Assembly: GCA_903866395.1 (NCBI GenBank)
Contig: CAIPNM010000371.1
Location: forward strand, 5,787-37,786
DNA: 32,000 nt
Reading direction: 5' to 3'
Origin: an uncultured bacterium
GTDB taxonomy: Bacteria; Pseudomonadota; Gammaproteobacteria; Burkholderiales; Burkholderiaceae_E
How positions within the stretch are numbered: position 1 is the first letter of the stretch; every line of letters begins with the position of its first letter. Both the position numbers and the translations under genes were made by a program. The notes under the pieces were generated by a model. That model saw nothing but the letters and a program-made list of their open reading frames with translations. It was not told the origin of the DNA and made no database searches. Of the stretch, positions 1 to 9,119 are shown piece after piece.

Positions 1-608
1 TCGCCAGCTGGCTGGGCGCTCACGCGCCGGCTACCGCTACCTTCCTGAATGCCGACACCCGTGTGGCGCTCAGAGAGGCGGTGATGGCCGATCATCCCGA
101 GCGGGCACACGACGTGGGTTTCCTCCGCCTTGAGCTTCTCAGGCGGGCGCTCGTTCGTGCTGGCGATGATCCTGCGCTCGCGCAGCCTGCCTTCGATGTT
201 TTTTTTGAGGCACGCCAGCAGGTCAGCCTGTTTGACGATGTGCTGCCTGTGCTTGAGCGCTGGTCAGCGAAGGTGCCGGTGGTGGCGCTCACCAACGGTA
301 ATGCCGATCTGCATCGAATCGGGCTCGCCAGGTTCTTCACGGGTGTGGTGTCGGCACATGAACTGGGCTGCGCGAAGCCTGACCCGCGAGCGTTTCACGC
401 TGCGTGCGAACTCGCGGGCGCGGCGCCCGCCGATACCCTTCATGTCGGTGATGATCCTGCCCTTGACGTTGCCGGCGCGCAGGCTGCCGGCCTGCAGGCG
501 ATCTGGCTGCTTCGGCCCGAGTTGCTCGACCGGCATGCCGGGCATGCGGCGGCCGCCCAGTCGGTGGCGAGCCTCTACGACATCGATCGCACGTTTATCC
601 GCGACTGA
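1..608 (+). CDS. HAD-superfamily hydrolase (IA-like), 5' end cut by the window edge
   Basis: The reading frame is open from nt 3 to the stop at 606-608. C-terminal HAD motifs are present: VVALTNGN, GCAKPDP (conserved Lys) and LHVGDDPALDVAGAQAAG (acidic motif IV). The N-terminal DxDxT nucleophile motif is absent, so the true start lies upstream of the window. The GTG at 63 is only the first in-window start. Confidence 0.75.
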   Translation, partial: ASWLGAHAPATATFLNADTRVALREAVMADHPERAHDVGFLRLELLRRALVRAGDDPALAQPAFDVFFEARQQVSLFDDVLPVLERWSAKVPVVALTNGNADLHRIGLARFFTGVVSAHELGCAKPDPRAFHAACELAGAAPADTLHVGDDPALDVAGAQAAGLQAIWLLRPELLDRHAGHAAAAQSVASLYDIDRTFIRD

Positions 609-710
609 GGGCAAGGCCAGGTCCGCTTCGTGCCGGCGGAACGCATCGCGCAGGTTCGTGCCTGAGATCGCTATGATCGGGCTCGTGTGACACGCTCCAG
701 GAGCCGTACG

Positions 711-2441
711 ATGCCCCGCAAAACCCCCGATGCTCTGCGCAGCGCGCGCTGGTTTGCGCCCGATGACCTCCGTTCTTTCGGCCACCGCTCCCGCCTCATG
801 CAGATGGGCTACTCGCACGCCGACTGGGTGGGTAAGCCCGTGATCGCGATCGTGAACACCTGGAGCGATATCAACCAGTGCCACGGCCATATGCGGCAGC
901 GTGCCGATGATGTGCGTCGCGGGGTGTTGCAGGCGGGGGGGCTGCCGATTGAGTTGCCCGCCATCAGTCTGTCGGAACCCATCGTCAAGCCCACCACCAT
1001 GCTCTATCGCAATTTTCTGGCGATGGAGACCGAGGAGTTGCTGCGCAGCCATCCGATCGACGGTGCGGTACTGATGGGGGGGTGCGACAAGACCACGCCG
1101 GGCCTCACCATGGGCGCACTCAGCGCCGGTTTGCCCTTTATCTTTGTACCGGCCGGCCCGATGCTGAGCGGCCAGTGGCGCGGGCAGACGCTGGGCTCGG
1201 GATCGGACGCCTGGAAATATTGGGACGAGCGACGCGCCGGCCGATTGTCCGAAGACGCCTGGCGCGAAATCGAGGGCAGCATTTCGCGCAGTCACGGCAC
1301 CTGCATGACCATGGGCACGGCCGCCACCATGATGGGGATCGCTGAGGCAGTGGGCCTGACGCTACCCGGTGCATCGAGCATTCCTGCGGTCGATTCTGCG
1401 CACATGCGGATGTGCGGGGACAGCGGTCGACGCATCGTTGACATGGTCTGGGAAGACCTCACGCCAGCGGCCATGCTGTCGCGTGCCAATTTCGAAAACG
1501 GCATTGCCTGCGCCATGGCGATGGGCTGTAGCACCAACGCGATCATTCATCTGATCGCGATGTCGCGTCGTGCGGGCTATCCGGTCACGCTCGATGACTT
1601 CGACGCTGCCAGCCGAAAGGTCCCGGTGATTGCCAACATCCGCCCAAGCGGCGAGCGCTACCTGATGGAGGATTTTCACTATGCAGGCGGGTTGCGGGCC
1701 CTGCTTGCCACCGTGCGCGAGCACCTGCATGGCGAGGCCATGACCGTCAACGGCCGCCCCCTGGGCGACAACATTGCGGGCGTCGAGCCCGCCAATCGCG
1801 ATGTGATCCGGCCGCTTGATCATCCGATTTATGCCGAGGGCGCGCTCGCGGTGCTGCGCGGCAATATTGCGCCGGATGGGGTGGTGATGAAGCCCAGCGC
1901 CTGCGCGCCTCGATTGCTTCGCCATGTTGGCCGGGCACTGGTGTTTGACGACTACCCCAGTCTCAAGCGCGCGACCGACGATCCGGATCTGGACGTGACA
2001 GCCGATGACATCCTGGTGCTGCGCAATGCCGGGCCGCTGGGCGCGGGCATGCCCGAGTGGGGCATGTTGCCGATTCCGGTGAAGCTCGTCCGGCAGGGCG
2101 TGAGCGACATGCTGCGGCTGTCGGACGCCCGGATGAGCGGCACCAGCTATGGAGGATGTCTCCTTCATTGTGCGCCCGAGGCTGCAGTCGGCGGGCCGCT
2201 CGCCCTGGTGCGAACCGGTGACCGAATTGCGATCGATGTGCCTGCGCGCCGGATCCACCTTGAGGTGAGCGACGAAGAGCTCGCACGCCGGCGCGCCGAA
2301 TGGCAGGCCCCGGCGCCGCGCTGGCAGCGGGGCTATGGCTGGATGTTCAGCCGCCATGTGCTGCAGGCCGATCAGGGCTGCGACTTTGATTTCCTCGAGC
2401 GGGATTTCGGGGCGCCCGTGCCGGAGCCCGACATCTACTAG
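711..2441 (+). CDS. IlvD/Edd-family dehydratase (sugar-acid dehydratase type; substrate not assignable)
   Basis: ATG at 711 is preceded by AGGAG at 698-702. The 576-aa product carries family signatures: KPVIAIVNTWSD, GGCDKTTPG (Fe-S Cys), HGTCMTMGTA, and C-terminal SDARMSGTSYG and HxAPEAAVGGPLALV. The N-terminus (SARWF...FGHRSRLMQMGY) resembles arabonate/xylonate-type members more than biosynthetic IlvD; this comparison is from memory. Confidence 0.85.
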   Translation: MPRKTPDALRSARWFAPDDLRSFGHRSRLMQMGYSHADWVGKPVIAIVNTWSDINQCHGHMRQRADDVRRGVLQAGGLPIELPAISLSEPIVKPTTMLYRNFLAMETEELLRSHPIDGAVLMGGCDKTTPGLTMGALSAGLPFIFVPAGPMLSGQWRGQTLGSGSDAWKYWDERRAGRLSEDAWREIEGSISRSHGTCMTMGTAATMMGIAEAVGLTLPGASSIPAVDSAHMRMCGDSGRRIVDMVWEDLTPAAMLSRANFENGIACAMAMGCSTNAIIHLIAMSRRAGYPVTLDDFDAASRKVPVIANIRPSGERYLMEDFHYAGGLRALLATVREHLHGEAMTVNGRPLGDNIAGVEPANRDVIRPLDHPIYAEGALAVLRGNIAPDGVVMKPSACAPRLLRHVGRALVFDDYPSLKRATDDPDLDVTADDILVLRNAGPLGAGMPEWGMLPIPVKLVRQGVSDMLRLSDARMSGTSYGGCLLHCAPEAAVGGPLALVRTGDRIAIDVPARRIHLEVSDEELARRRAEWQAPAPRWQRGYGWMFSRHVLQADQGCDFDFLERDFGAPVPEPDIY

Positions 2442-2512
2442 TTTTGCGGGGGGCGCGGCTACGCGTCTCGGGCATCTGCATGGCACCTCGGCTACCATTC
2501 GGGTCGAAACGG

Positions 2513-4120
2513 ATGGGGACGGCCTTGAACGACAATTTCTCTTCGACGCAGACGGTTCGCAAAGCGGTAGTGCCCACCGCAGGCGGCGTGGTGGCCGCCC
2601 AGCACCGCGTGGCCGCCGAAGCCGGCGCCGCCGTGCTGGCCGCGGGCGGCGATGCAGTCGATGCGGCAGTCGCTACGTCGTTTGCACTCGGGGTGGTTGA
2701 GCCCTGGATGAGCGGGGTGGCAGCGGGCGGGTGCATGGTCGTCTGGCGGGCTGATGAACAGCGTGCCCGCGCTGTCAATTTCGGCATGCGCTCGCCGGTC
2801 AACCTGGATCCCGCTCACTTTCCCCTCACCGGTGCTGGCGTCAATACCGACCTCTTTGGCTGGCCATCGGTGCTTGAGGACCGCAACATCCAGGGCGCGA
2901 GTTCGGTGGCGGTACCCGGCGTCATCGCCGGCATGGCGTTGGCGCACGGCGAATACGGCCGGCTCGGCTGGCGCGAACTGGTGGAGCCCGCTGCCCGCCT
3001 GGCCCGCGACGGGCTGCTGTGTGACTGGTACTCCGGGCTGGTCACTGCGTCGAACGCCAAGGCGCTGGCCGCCGACCCCGATGCCGCAGCCATGTTCCTT
3101 GATGAGGGGCGATGGCCGATTCTTGGCGCCTGGACCGGCGGCCCATTGCGGCGGCTGAATCAGAACCGGCTGGCCGATACCCTGACCCAGATTGCGCTCG
3201 ACGGCGCCAACGCCTTTTATGGCGGTGATGTCGGGCGGGCGCTTGCCGCCGATGTACTGGCCAAGGGCGGATTCCTCAGCGATCGTGACCTCGCTCACTA
3301 TCGCGCGGAGTGGGTGGAACCGCTCCGACTGGCTCACCCCGGGGGCGTAATCTGGGCGGTTCCTGGCCTCACCGGCGGGCCCACTTTCGCGCGCGCGCTG
3401 TCTGCACTCGATTTCGACGCCGACCACGCGACCTCGTCCGAGGCACGGCATGTGGGCCCCAGGCATTACCAAGCGATAGCGGCCGCTCTCAATGAAGCCT
3501 TCACCGCCCGCCTGGCCGAAATGGGGGATCACGAGTCGGGCAAGGCGCCGGGCAGCACCACGCACTTCAGCGTGGTGGACCGGCACGGCAACATCTGTTC
3601 AGTGACGCAGACCTTGCTTTCGATCTTCGGTGCGCGGGTGGTGTCGCCCGCCACCGGGGTACTGCTCAATAACGGCATCATGTGGTTCGATCCGGTACCC
3701 GGCAAGCCGAATTCACTGGGACCTGGCAAACGGTGTCTCGCCAACTACTGCCCAGTGATTGGCGCTGACGGCCAGCACCGGATGTTCGCACTCGGCGCGT
3801 CGGGTGGACGCAAGATTCTTGGCGCCGTGCTGCAGTTGGCGACCTTTGTCTCGCGATTCGGCATGAACCTCGAGCAGGCATTCCATCAGCCGAGGATCGA
3901 TGTCAGTGGCCAGCCGGTCATCTCAGCAGACCCGCTCCTGGGCGAGGAAACGCTTACGGCGCTCGCTGAGGTGATGCCGGTGGTGCAGGCGCGACGCCAG
4001 GTCTACCCCTATGCGTTTGCTTGCCCGGCAGGCGTACTGCGCGAGGCGGGCCTCAACAGCGGTTGCACCGAGATCATGTCGCCTTATGGTGACGCGGTCG
4101 CCGAGCCCGGGACACACTGA
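2513..4120 (+). CDS. Gamma-glutamyltransferase (GGT) family protein, leaderless
   Basis: GAPGSTTHFSVVDRHGN contains the autoprocessing/nucleophile Thr motif. The N-terminal GGVVAAQHRVAAEAGAAVLAAGGDAVDAAVA and the C-terminal GASGGRKILGAV are typical GGT blocks. There is no hydrophobic signal peptide. The start is ambiguous between TTG 2444, ATG 2480 and ATG 2513. Confidence 0.85.
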   Translation: MGTALNDNFSSTQTVRKAVVPTAGGVVAAQHRVAAEAGAAVLAAGGDAVDAAVATSFALGVVEPWMSGVAAGGCMVVWRADEQRARAVNFGMRSPVNLDPAHFPLTGAGVNTDLFGWPSVLEDRNIQGASSVAVPGVIAGMALAHGEYGRLGWRELVEPAARLARDGLLCDWYSGLVTASNAKALAADPDAAAMFLDEGRWPILGAWTGGPLRRLNQNRLADTLTQIALDGANAFYGGDVGRALAADVLAKGGFLSDRDLAHYRAEWVEPLRLAHPGGVIWAVPGLTGGPTFARALSALDFDADHATSSEARHVGPRHYQAIAAALNEAFTARLAEMGDHESGKAPGSTTHFSVVDRHGNICSVTQTLLSIFGARVVSPATGVLLNNGIMWFDPVPGKPNSLGPGKRCLANYCPVIGADGQHRMFALGASGGRKILGAVLQLATFVSRFGMNLEQAFHQPRIDVSGQPVISADPLLGEETLTALAEVMPVVQARRQVYPYAFACPAGVLREAGLNSGCTEIMSPYGDAVAEPGTH

Positions 4121-4122
4121 CG

Positions 4123-5190
4123 GTGGCCGCGTCCGGCGCGCTCTTTTCCTGGTGGACGGTCGGCTTTCCGCTGGCCGGCGCCGCGGTGCTCGCTGCACCG
4201 GCCATGGGCCTGCAGGTGCCGATTGCAGCGGTTGGGGCGCTTCTCATCGGCTGCACGTTTGCGTCGGTGCATCACGCTGAAACCCTCGCGCACCGGCTGG
4301 GCGCGCTATTTGGCAGCCTGGTGCTTGCGATTGCTATTTCGGTGATCGAAGCGGGGCTCATCGTGTCGATGATGCTGGGCGGCGATCAGCCTGAACTCGC
4401 CCGCGATTCAATTTTCTCGGCGCTTCTCATTGCGCTCAACGGCATCCTGGGTGTGTGCCTGCTGCTGGGCGGGGGACGCCACTACGAGCAAAATTTCAGG
4501 GTCTCGGCATCCAACGCATTCCTTGCTGTTCTGGTGCCGCTTGCGATGCTCACCATGGTGTTGCCCTCCTATACGGTGAGCGCGCCCGGGCCGGTATTCA
4601 CGCGGGCGCAGCTGATTTTTGTGGCGGCGGTGTCGTTCGTTCTTTATGTGCTCTTTCTTTATGTTCAACTGGTGAGGCATCGCAGCGATTTTGTTGCCGA
4701 CCACGAGGTGATTCCCAACACCCCGCGCCCCAGCGGTCGCGCGTTCCTGCTGGCGCTCGCCCTGCTGCTGGTTGCCCTGGTGTCGGTGGTGCTGCTTGCG
4801 AAGCTGCTCTCGCCAGTGCTGGAAAGTTCAGTGGCGGCGGCCGGGTTACCGAAGGCGCTGGTAGGGCTGGCCATTGCCCTGCTGGTTCTCATGCCCGAGG
4901 GGCTCACCGCCATCAAGGCGGCGCGTCGGAACCGGCTCCAGACCGCGCTTAACCTCACGCTGGGCTCAGTGTTGGCCTGCGTGGGTCTCACCATTCCAGC
5001 GGTCGCCATCACCGCGCTCCTCACCAACCAGTCGCTGCATCTGGGCCTGAGCGAACCGATGGTGGTGCTGCTCTTTACCACCTTTCTCACGCTATCGTTT
5101 ACGCTGAACACTGGGCGAAGCACCGTGCTGGAAGGTTTTGTTCATCTCGCGATCTTCGCCGCATTCGTTCTCTTCACCATGCTGCCGTAA
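4123..5190 (+). CDS. chaA: Ca2+/H+ antiporter, CaCA/ChaA family
   Basis: The 355-aa polytopic membrane protein has VHHAETLAHRLGALFGSLVLAIAISVIEAGLIV, an alpha-repeat that aligns with E. coli ChaA VRHADVLAHRLGEPYGSLILSLSVVILEV (recalled from memory), followed by LLLGGGRHYEQ. The GTG start lies 2 nt after the GGT stop. Confidence 0.75.
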   Translation: MAASGALFSWWTVGFPLAGAAVLAAPAMGLQVPIAAVGALLIGCTFASVHHAETLAHRLGALFGSLVLAIAISVIEAGLIVSMMLGGDQPELARDSIFSALLIALNGILGVCLLLGGGRHYEQNFRVSASNAFLAVLVPLAMLTMVLPSYTVSAPGPVFTRAQLIFVAAVSFVLYVLFLYVQLVRHRSDFVADHEVIPNTPRPSGRAFLLALALLLVALVSVVLLAKLLSPVLESSVAAAGLPKALVGLAIALLVLMPEGLTAIKAARRNRLQTALNLTLGSVLACVGLTIPAVAITALLTNQSLHLGLSEPMVVLLFTTFLTLSFTLNTGRSTVLEGFVHLAIFAAFVLFTMLP

Positions 5191-5194
5191 ATCG

Positions 5195-6220
5195 ATGGTT
5201 CGCTCTGCTCACACTGCTCCGAAGCGCGTCTCGGGTCGCCGCGCGCGATTCGTCACCGGCTGCCTCGCGGCCGTGCTTGCCCTGACCGCAGGGCTCGTTT
5301 CGCCTGCGGCGGTTGCCCAGGAGTTCCCGCCCCGCCGCGGCATCACACTTCTGGTGGGCTTTGCGGCGGGCGGCGCGGCCGACACCGCTGCCCGCATCAT
5401 TGCGCGCCGCCTTGCCGACAACCTCGGGCAGACTGTCTCGGTCGACAATCGCCCCGGTGCCGGTGGCAACATCGCGCATCAAATGACCGCGGCAGGCCCG
5501 ACCGACGGCAGCCTCATTCTTCTTGGCACCATCGGTCCGCTCTCGATTGCGCCGCACCTCATGAAGACCGGCTACGACGCAGCCGCCGATTTTGCGCCGC
5601 TCACCATGGCGGTCAATTTTCCGAATGTGTTGGTGGTGCATGCGGGCGCCGGCATCCGATCGTTCACCGAGTTCATCGATGCAGCGCGGCGCCAACCCGG
5701 CCGGATTGACTTTGCCTCCACCGGCCCCGCCTCGGCGTCGCATCTGGCAGGTGAGTTGCTAAATGCCATGGCGGGCATCGAGACGGTTCATGTCCCCTAC
5801 AAAGGCGGTGCGCCGGCGCTGGTCGATATTCTCGCGGGTCGGGTGACGTCCTGGTATGCCACCATGTCCACCGCGCAGCAGCACATCGAGTCGGGCAAGC
5901 TCATTGCGCTTGCCTCGACTGGTCTTACTCGCCATCCCTCGCTGCCCAACGTGCCCACCATTGCCGAGTCCGGTTTTCCTGGCTTCAATGCCACCAACTG
6001 GTATGCGTTCATCGCCAGTTCAAAAGTGCCGCGCGAGGTACTCGATCGCTGGCATGTCGAACTGGTGCGCGTGCTTGACAACCCTGAGGTGGTCGAGGCG
6101 CTGGGTCGTCACGGTTTCTGGCCCACGCCCACCAGCCGCGCCGAGTTGGGTGCTTTCATTGCACGCGAATATCAGACCTGGGGCAAGGTGATCCGTGAGC
6201 GCAATATCAGTGGTCGCTGA
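5195..6220 (+). CDS. Bug/TctC-family tripartite tricarboxylate transporter substrate-binding protein (orphan)
   Basis: ATG is 4 nt after the chaA stop. The N-terminus SGRRARFVTGCLAAVLALTAG...AVAQ is a twin-arginine-like signal peptide. Family blocks are present: ITLLVGFAAGGAADTAAR, NRPGAGGNIA, VPYKGGAPALVDILAGRV, NWYAF. Confidence 0.9.
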   Translation: MVRSAHTAPKRVSGRRARFVTGCLAAVLALTAGLVSPAAVAQEFPPRRGITLLVGFAAGGAADTAARIIARRLADNLGQTVSVDNRPGAGGNIAHQMTAAGPTDGSLILLGTIGPLSIAPHLMKTGYDAAADFAPLTMAVNFPNVLVVHAGAGIRSFTEFIDAARRQPGRIDFASTGPASASHLAGELLNAMAGIETVHVPYKGGAPALVDILAGRVTSWYATMSTAQQHIESGKLIALASTGLTRHPSLPNVPTIAESGFPGFNATNWYAFIASSKVPREVLDRWHVELVRVLDNPEVVEALGRHGFWPTPTSRAELGAFIAREYQTWGKVIRERNISGR

Positions 6221-6259
6221 GCCGGTTCCTGCTGGGGCGGTGCGTAAAGTCGGTGCGCC

Positions 6260-6280
6260 GCGCCCGGTCGGTCGCTTTTT
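6260..6280 (+). terminator. Possible intrinsic terminator after the TctC gene
   Basis: GCGCCC-GGTC-GGTCGC gives a 6-bp stem with one mismatch and a 4-nt loop. It is followed directly by TTTTT at 6276-6280 and lies 40 nt downstream of the stop codon. Confidence 0.35.
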
Positions 6281-6307
6281 AGTTTCCCTTTCTTGAGGAA
6301 TCACGTC

Positions 6308-6919
6308 ATGAAGCTCCTGTTCTCGCCTTTTTCTCCCTACGTCCGCAAGTGCTTGATCACCGCCAATGAACTGGGTCTGGATGGCCGCATCAGTCTGCTC
6401 CCCTCGGCCGCCAACCCGGTGAATCGCGATCACACCATCATCCCGCACAACCCGCTCGGCAAGGTCCCCACATTCTTCACCGACGACGGCGAGGCGATCT
6501 ATGACAGCCGGGTCATCTGCGAATATCTCAATGAGCTGGCAAAGGGCAGCATTTTCCCTGCTGCTGGTACGGCGCGCTGGCGGGCGCTCACCCTACAGTC
6601 GCTGGGCGATGGCATTCTCGATGCGGCCATCCTCGCCCGCTATGAAGTGTTCCTGCGCCCGGAGCCCCTTCGCTGGGAGGACTGGTCGGTTGGCCAGCGC
6701 GACAAGATCCGCACGTCGCTTTCACACCTGAATGCCCACCCGTCGCTGCTGTCGGCGGAGGTCACCATCGGCAACATCGCGGTGGGTTGCGCACTCTGGT
6801 ATCTGGATCTTCGTTTCGCCGATTTCGGCTGGCGCGAGACCTATCCCGAGGTGGCGAAATGGTATGCCGCCTACAGTCAGCGGCCGTCAATGAAAATGAC
6901 CTGGGCGCTCCCGTCTTAA
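6308..6919 (+). CDS. Glutathione S-transferase family protein
   Basis: ATG at 6308 follows GAGGA at 6295-6299. The thioredoxin-like N-domain reads MKLLFSPFSPYVRKCLI...NPLGKVPTF...DSRVICEYL (GSH-binding cis-Pro and Ser/Asp-Ser region). A helical C-domain follows. Confidence 0.8.
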   Translation: MKLLFSPFSPYVRKCLITANELGLDGRISLLPSAANPVNRDHTIIPHNPLGKVPTFFTDDGEAIYDSRVICEYLNELAKGSIFPAAGTARWRALTLQSLGDGILDAAILARYEVFLRPEPLRWEDWSVGQRDKIRTSLSHLNAHPSLLSAEVTIGNIAVGCALWYLDLRFADFGWRETYPEVAKWYAAYSQRPSMKMTWALPS

Positions 6920-6956
6920 GCTATCTACTGCGGGCCTCACCCGATCGGAATCAAAC

Positions 6957-9119
6957 GTGGAAGTCTCGTTTCGCGAAGAAATCGATGCGCTCAGGCTGGG
7001 GGCGGGGCAGACCTTCCACGGCGAAGGCATCCTCGCCATCACCAAGGCGCTGCTGCAGTCGGGCGTGGCCTATGTGGGCGGCTATCAGGGGGCACCGGTC
7101 TCGCATCTGCTCGATGTCATGGTGCAGGCGCGGGATTATCTCGATGAGTTGGGCGTTCATGTCGAGGCCTGCTCGAACGAGGCCTCGGCGGCTGCCATGC
7201 TGGGCGCCTCGCTTCACTATCCGGTCCGTGGCGCAGTCACCTGGAAGTCCATCGTGGGCACCAACGTGGCGGCTGACGCGCTCTCCAATTTGGCCTCGCC
7301 CGGCGTCACGGGCGGCGTGCTGATTGTTGTTGGCGAAGACTATGGCGAGGGCGCAAGCGTGATCCAGGAACGCACGCACGCTTACGCGCTCAAGTCGGGC
7401 ATGTGCCTGCTCGACCCGCGCCCCGAGCTTGGGCAGATGGTGGATTTGGTCGAGCGGGGTTTTCAGCTGAGCGAAGCGAGCAACATGCCTGTGATCATGG
7501 AATTGCGCATTCGCGCCTGCCATGTGAGAGGAAGCTTCGAGACCCGCGACAACATCGCACCCAAGTTTTCCACTCGGCACCTGATCGAAGACCCAGCGTC
7601 GTTTGACTACATGCGCCTCGCGCATCCACCGGTGACCTTCATTCATGAAAAGCTGAAAATCGCCGAGCGCATTCCAGCGGCCAGGCGCTTCATCATTGAA
7701 CACAGCCTGAATGAACTCATGGCTGGCAATGAACACGCCGATCTCGGGCTCATCGTGCAGGGCGGCCTGCACAACGCACTCATCCGTTCGCTCCAACAAT
7801 TCGGCCTCGCCGATGCGTTTGGCCGCTCATCGCTTTCGATGCTGGTGCTCAATGTCACCTGGCCGCTGGTGCCCGAGCAACTCACCGAGTTCTGTCGTGG
7901 CAAGTCCGCCGTGCTGCTGCTCGAAGAGGGGCAGCCGGAGTACATCGAGCAGGAGCTTGCGCTTGCCTTGCGGCGAGCAGGGGTCAGTACGCCGCTGCAT
8001 GGTAAGGACATGCTGCCCGCGGGTGGGGAATACACGGCCGAAGTGATCTCGCGCGGGCTGCTCCAGTTTCTCGACCGCCACCGTCCCCAGGCGGTTGATT
8101 CGTCGGTTCGCAACTGGCTCGAGAGCATCGTCACACGCCGCCAGCAGGTGCAGGCGGCGCTCGATCAGCCGCTGCCGGCGCGGCCCCCCGGAATGTGCGT
8201 CGGTTGCCCGGAACGACCAGTATTCTCGGCGCTTAAGCTCGCCCAGCAGACCGTTGGCCCGGTGCATGTCTCGGGCGATATTGGCTGTCACGCCCTGGCC
8301 ACGTTTGAGCCGTTTTCGGTCGGTCATTCCATCCTGGGTTACGGCATGAGTCTGGCGAGCCGGGCGGGTGTGTCGCCCCTCATGAAGCGGCGGGTGCTGT
8401 CGATCATGGGCGATGGCGGCTTCTGGCACAACGGGCTTCTCACCGGGGTGCAGAGCGCGCTGTTCAATGGCGATGATGCGGTGCTGCTCATCATGAAAAA
8501 TGGCTACACCTCCGCAACCGGCACGCAAGACATCATTTCAACGCCGGGCGAGGCTGTACGCGACCGAGCGCAAGACAAGCGTCAGAGCCTCGCCCACGAG
8601 AACCGCACGATCGAATCCACGTTGGAGGGGCTGGGGGTTAAGTGGCTGCGCACGGTGCATACCTATGAGGTTGCCAAGGTGCAGGCCACGCTCACCGAAG
8701 CGTTCACCACACCGTTCCAGGGGCTCAAGGTCATTGTTGCCGAGGGCGAGTGTCAGCTTGAAAGGCAGCGGCGGGTCCGTCCCTGGGTTGCCGCACGACT
8801 GAAGCGCGGTGAGCGGGTCGAGCGCGTGAAGTATGGCGTGGATGACGATGTGTGTAACGGCGATCACGCCTGCATTCGTTTGTCGGGCTGCCCCACGCTC
8901 ACGCTCAAGGACAACCCCGATCCGCTCAAGGTCGATCCGGTGGCAACGGTTCTGGAGGGGTGCGTGGGGTGTGGTCTGTGTGGCGAAAACGCGCACGCCG
9001 CCACGCTCTGTCCATCGTTTTACCGCGCCGAGGTGGTGCGTCATCCCGGCATGGGGGAGCGGCTGCGTGACCGCGTCCAGGGGGCGGCACGTCGGGTGCT
9101 GCAGGGTGTGTTCGGATGA
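6957..9119 (+). CDS. iorA: Indolepyruvate:ferredoxin oxidoreductase alpha subunit (2-oxoacid:ferredoxin oxidoreductase, TPP and 2x[4Fe-4S])
   Basis: The 720-aa product has N-terminal GEGILAITKALLQSGVAYVGGYQGAPVS, the TPP-binding segment GDIGCH...MGDGGFWHNG, and ferredoxin-like Cys clusters CNGDHACIRLSGCP and CVGCGLCGENAHAATLCP. Confidence 0.85.
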   Translation: MEVSFREEIDALRLGAGQTFHGEGILAITKALLQSGVAYVGGYQGAPVSHLLDVMVQARDYLDELGVHVEACSNEASAAAMLGASLHYPVRGAVTWKSIVGTNVAADALSNLASPGVTGGVLIVVGEDYGEGASVIQERTHAYALKSGMCLLDPRPELGQMVDLVERGFQLSEASNMPVIMELRIRACHVRGSFETRDNIAPKFSTRHLIEDPASFDYMRLAHPPVTFIHEKLKIAERIPAARRFIIEHSLNELMAGNEHADLGLIVQGGLHNALIRSLQQFGLADAFGRSSLSMLVLNVTWPLVPEQLTEFCRGKSAVLLLEEGQPEYIEQELALALRRAGVSTPLHGKDMLPAGGEYTAEVISRGLLQFLDRHRPQAVDSSVRNWLESIVTRRQQVQAALDQPLPARPPGMCVGCPERPVFSALKLAQQTVGPVHVSGDIGCHALATFEPFSVGHSILGYGMSLASRAGVSPLMKRRVLSIMGDGGFWHNGLLTGVQSALFNGDDAVLLIMKNGYTSATGTQDIISTPGEAVRDRAQDKRQSLAHENRTIESTLEGLGVKWLRTVHTYEVAKVQATLTEAFTTPFQGLKVIVAEGECQLERQRRVRPWVAARLKRGERVERVKYGVDDDVCNGDHACIRLSGCPTLTLKDNPDPLKVDPVATVLEGCVGCGLCGENAHAATLCPSFYRAEVVRHPGMGERLRDRVQGAARRVLQGVFG

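Noticed and set aside
264-1295. 343-aa minus-strand ORF spanning the HAD/IlvD junction
   Set aside because: It is antisense to two motif-supported genes. Its composition is Arg/Ala/Gly/Pro-rich, as expected of shadow ORFs in high-GC DNA, with no recognisable motif.
1362-3586. Two long minus-strand ORFs (1362-2498, 378 aa; 2492-3586, 364 aa)
   Set aside because: Both lie fully antisense to the IlvD-family and GGT genes. They are low-complexity, Arg/His/Ala/Pro-rich translations with no domains, consistent with high-GC shadow frames.
5138-5194. Upstream extensions of TctC ORFs, shown here for 5138 (10763 is the second case)
   Set aside because: Both 5138 and 10763 overlap or abut the preceding gene. 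They put non-signal sequence ahead of obvious signal peptides. The internal ATGs (5195, 10790) fit better.
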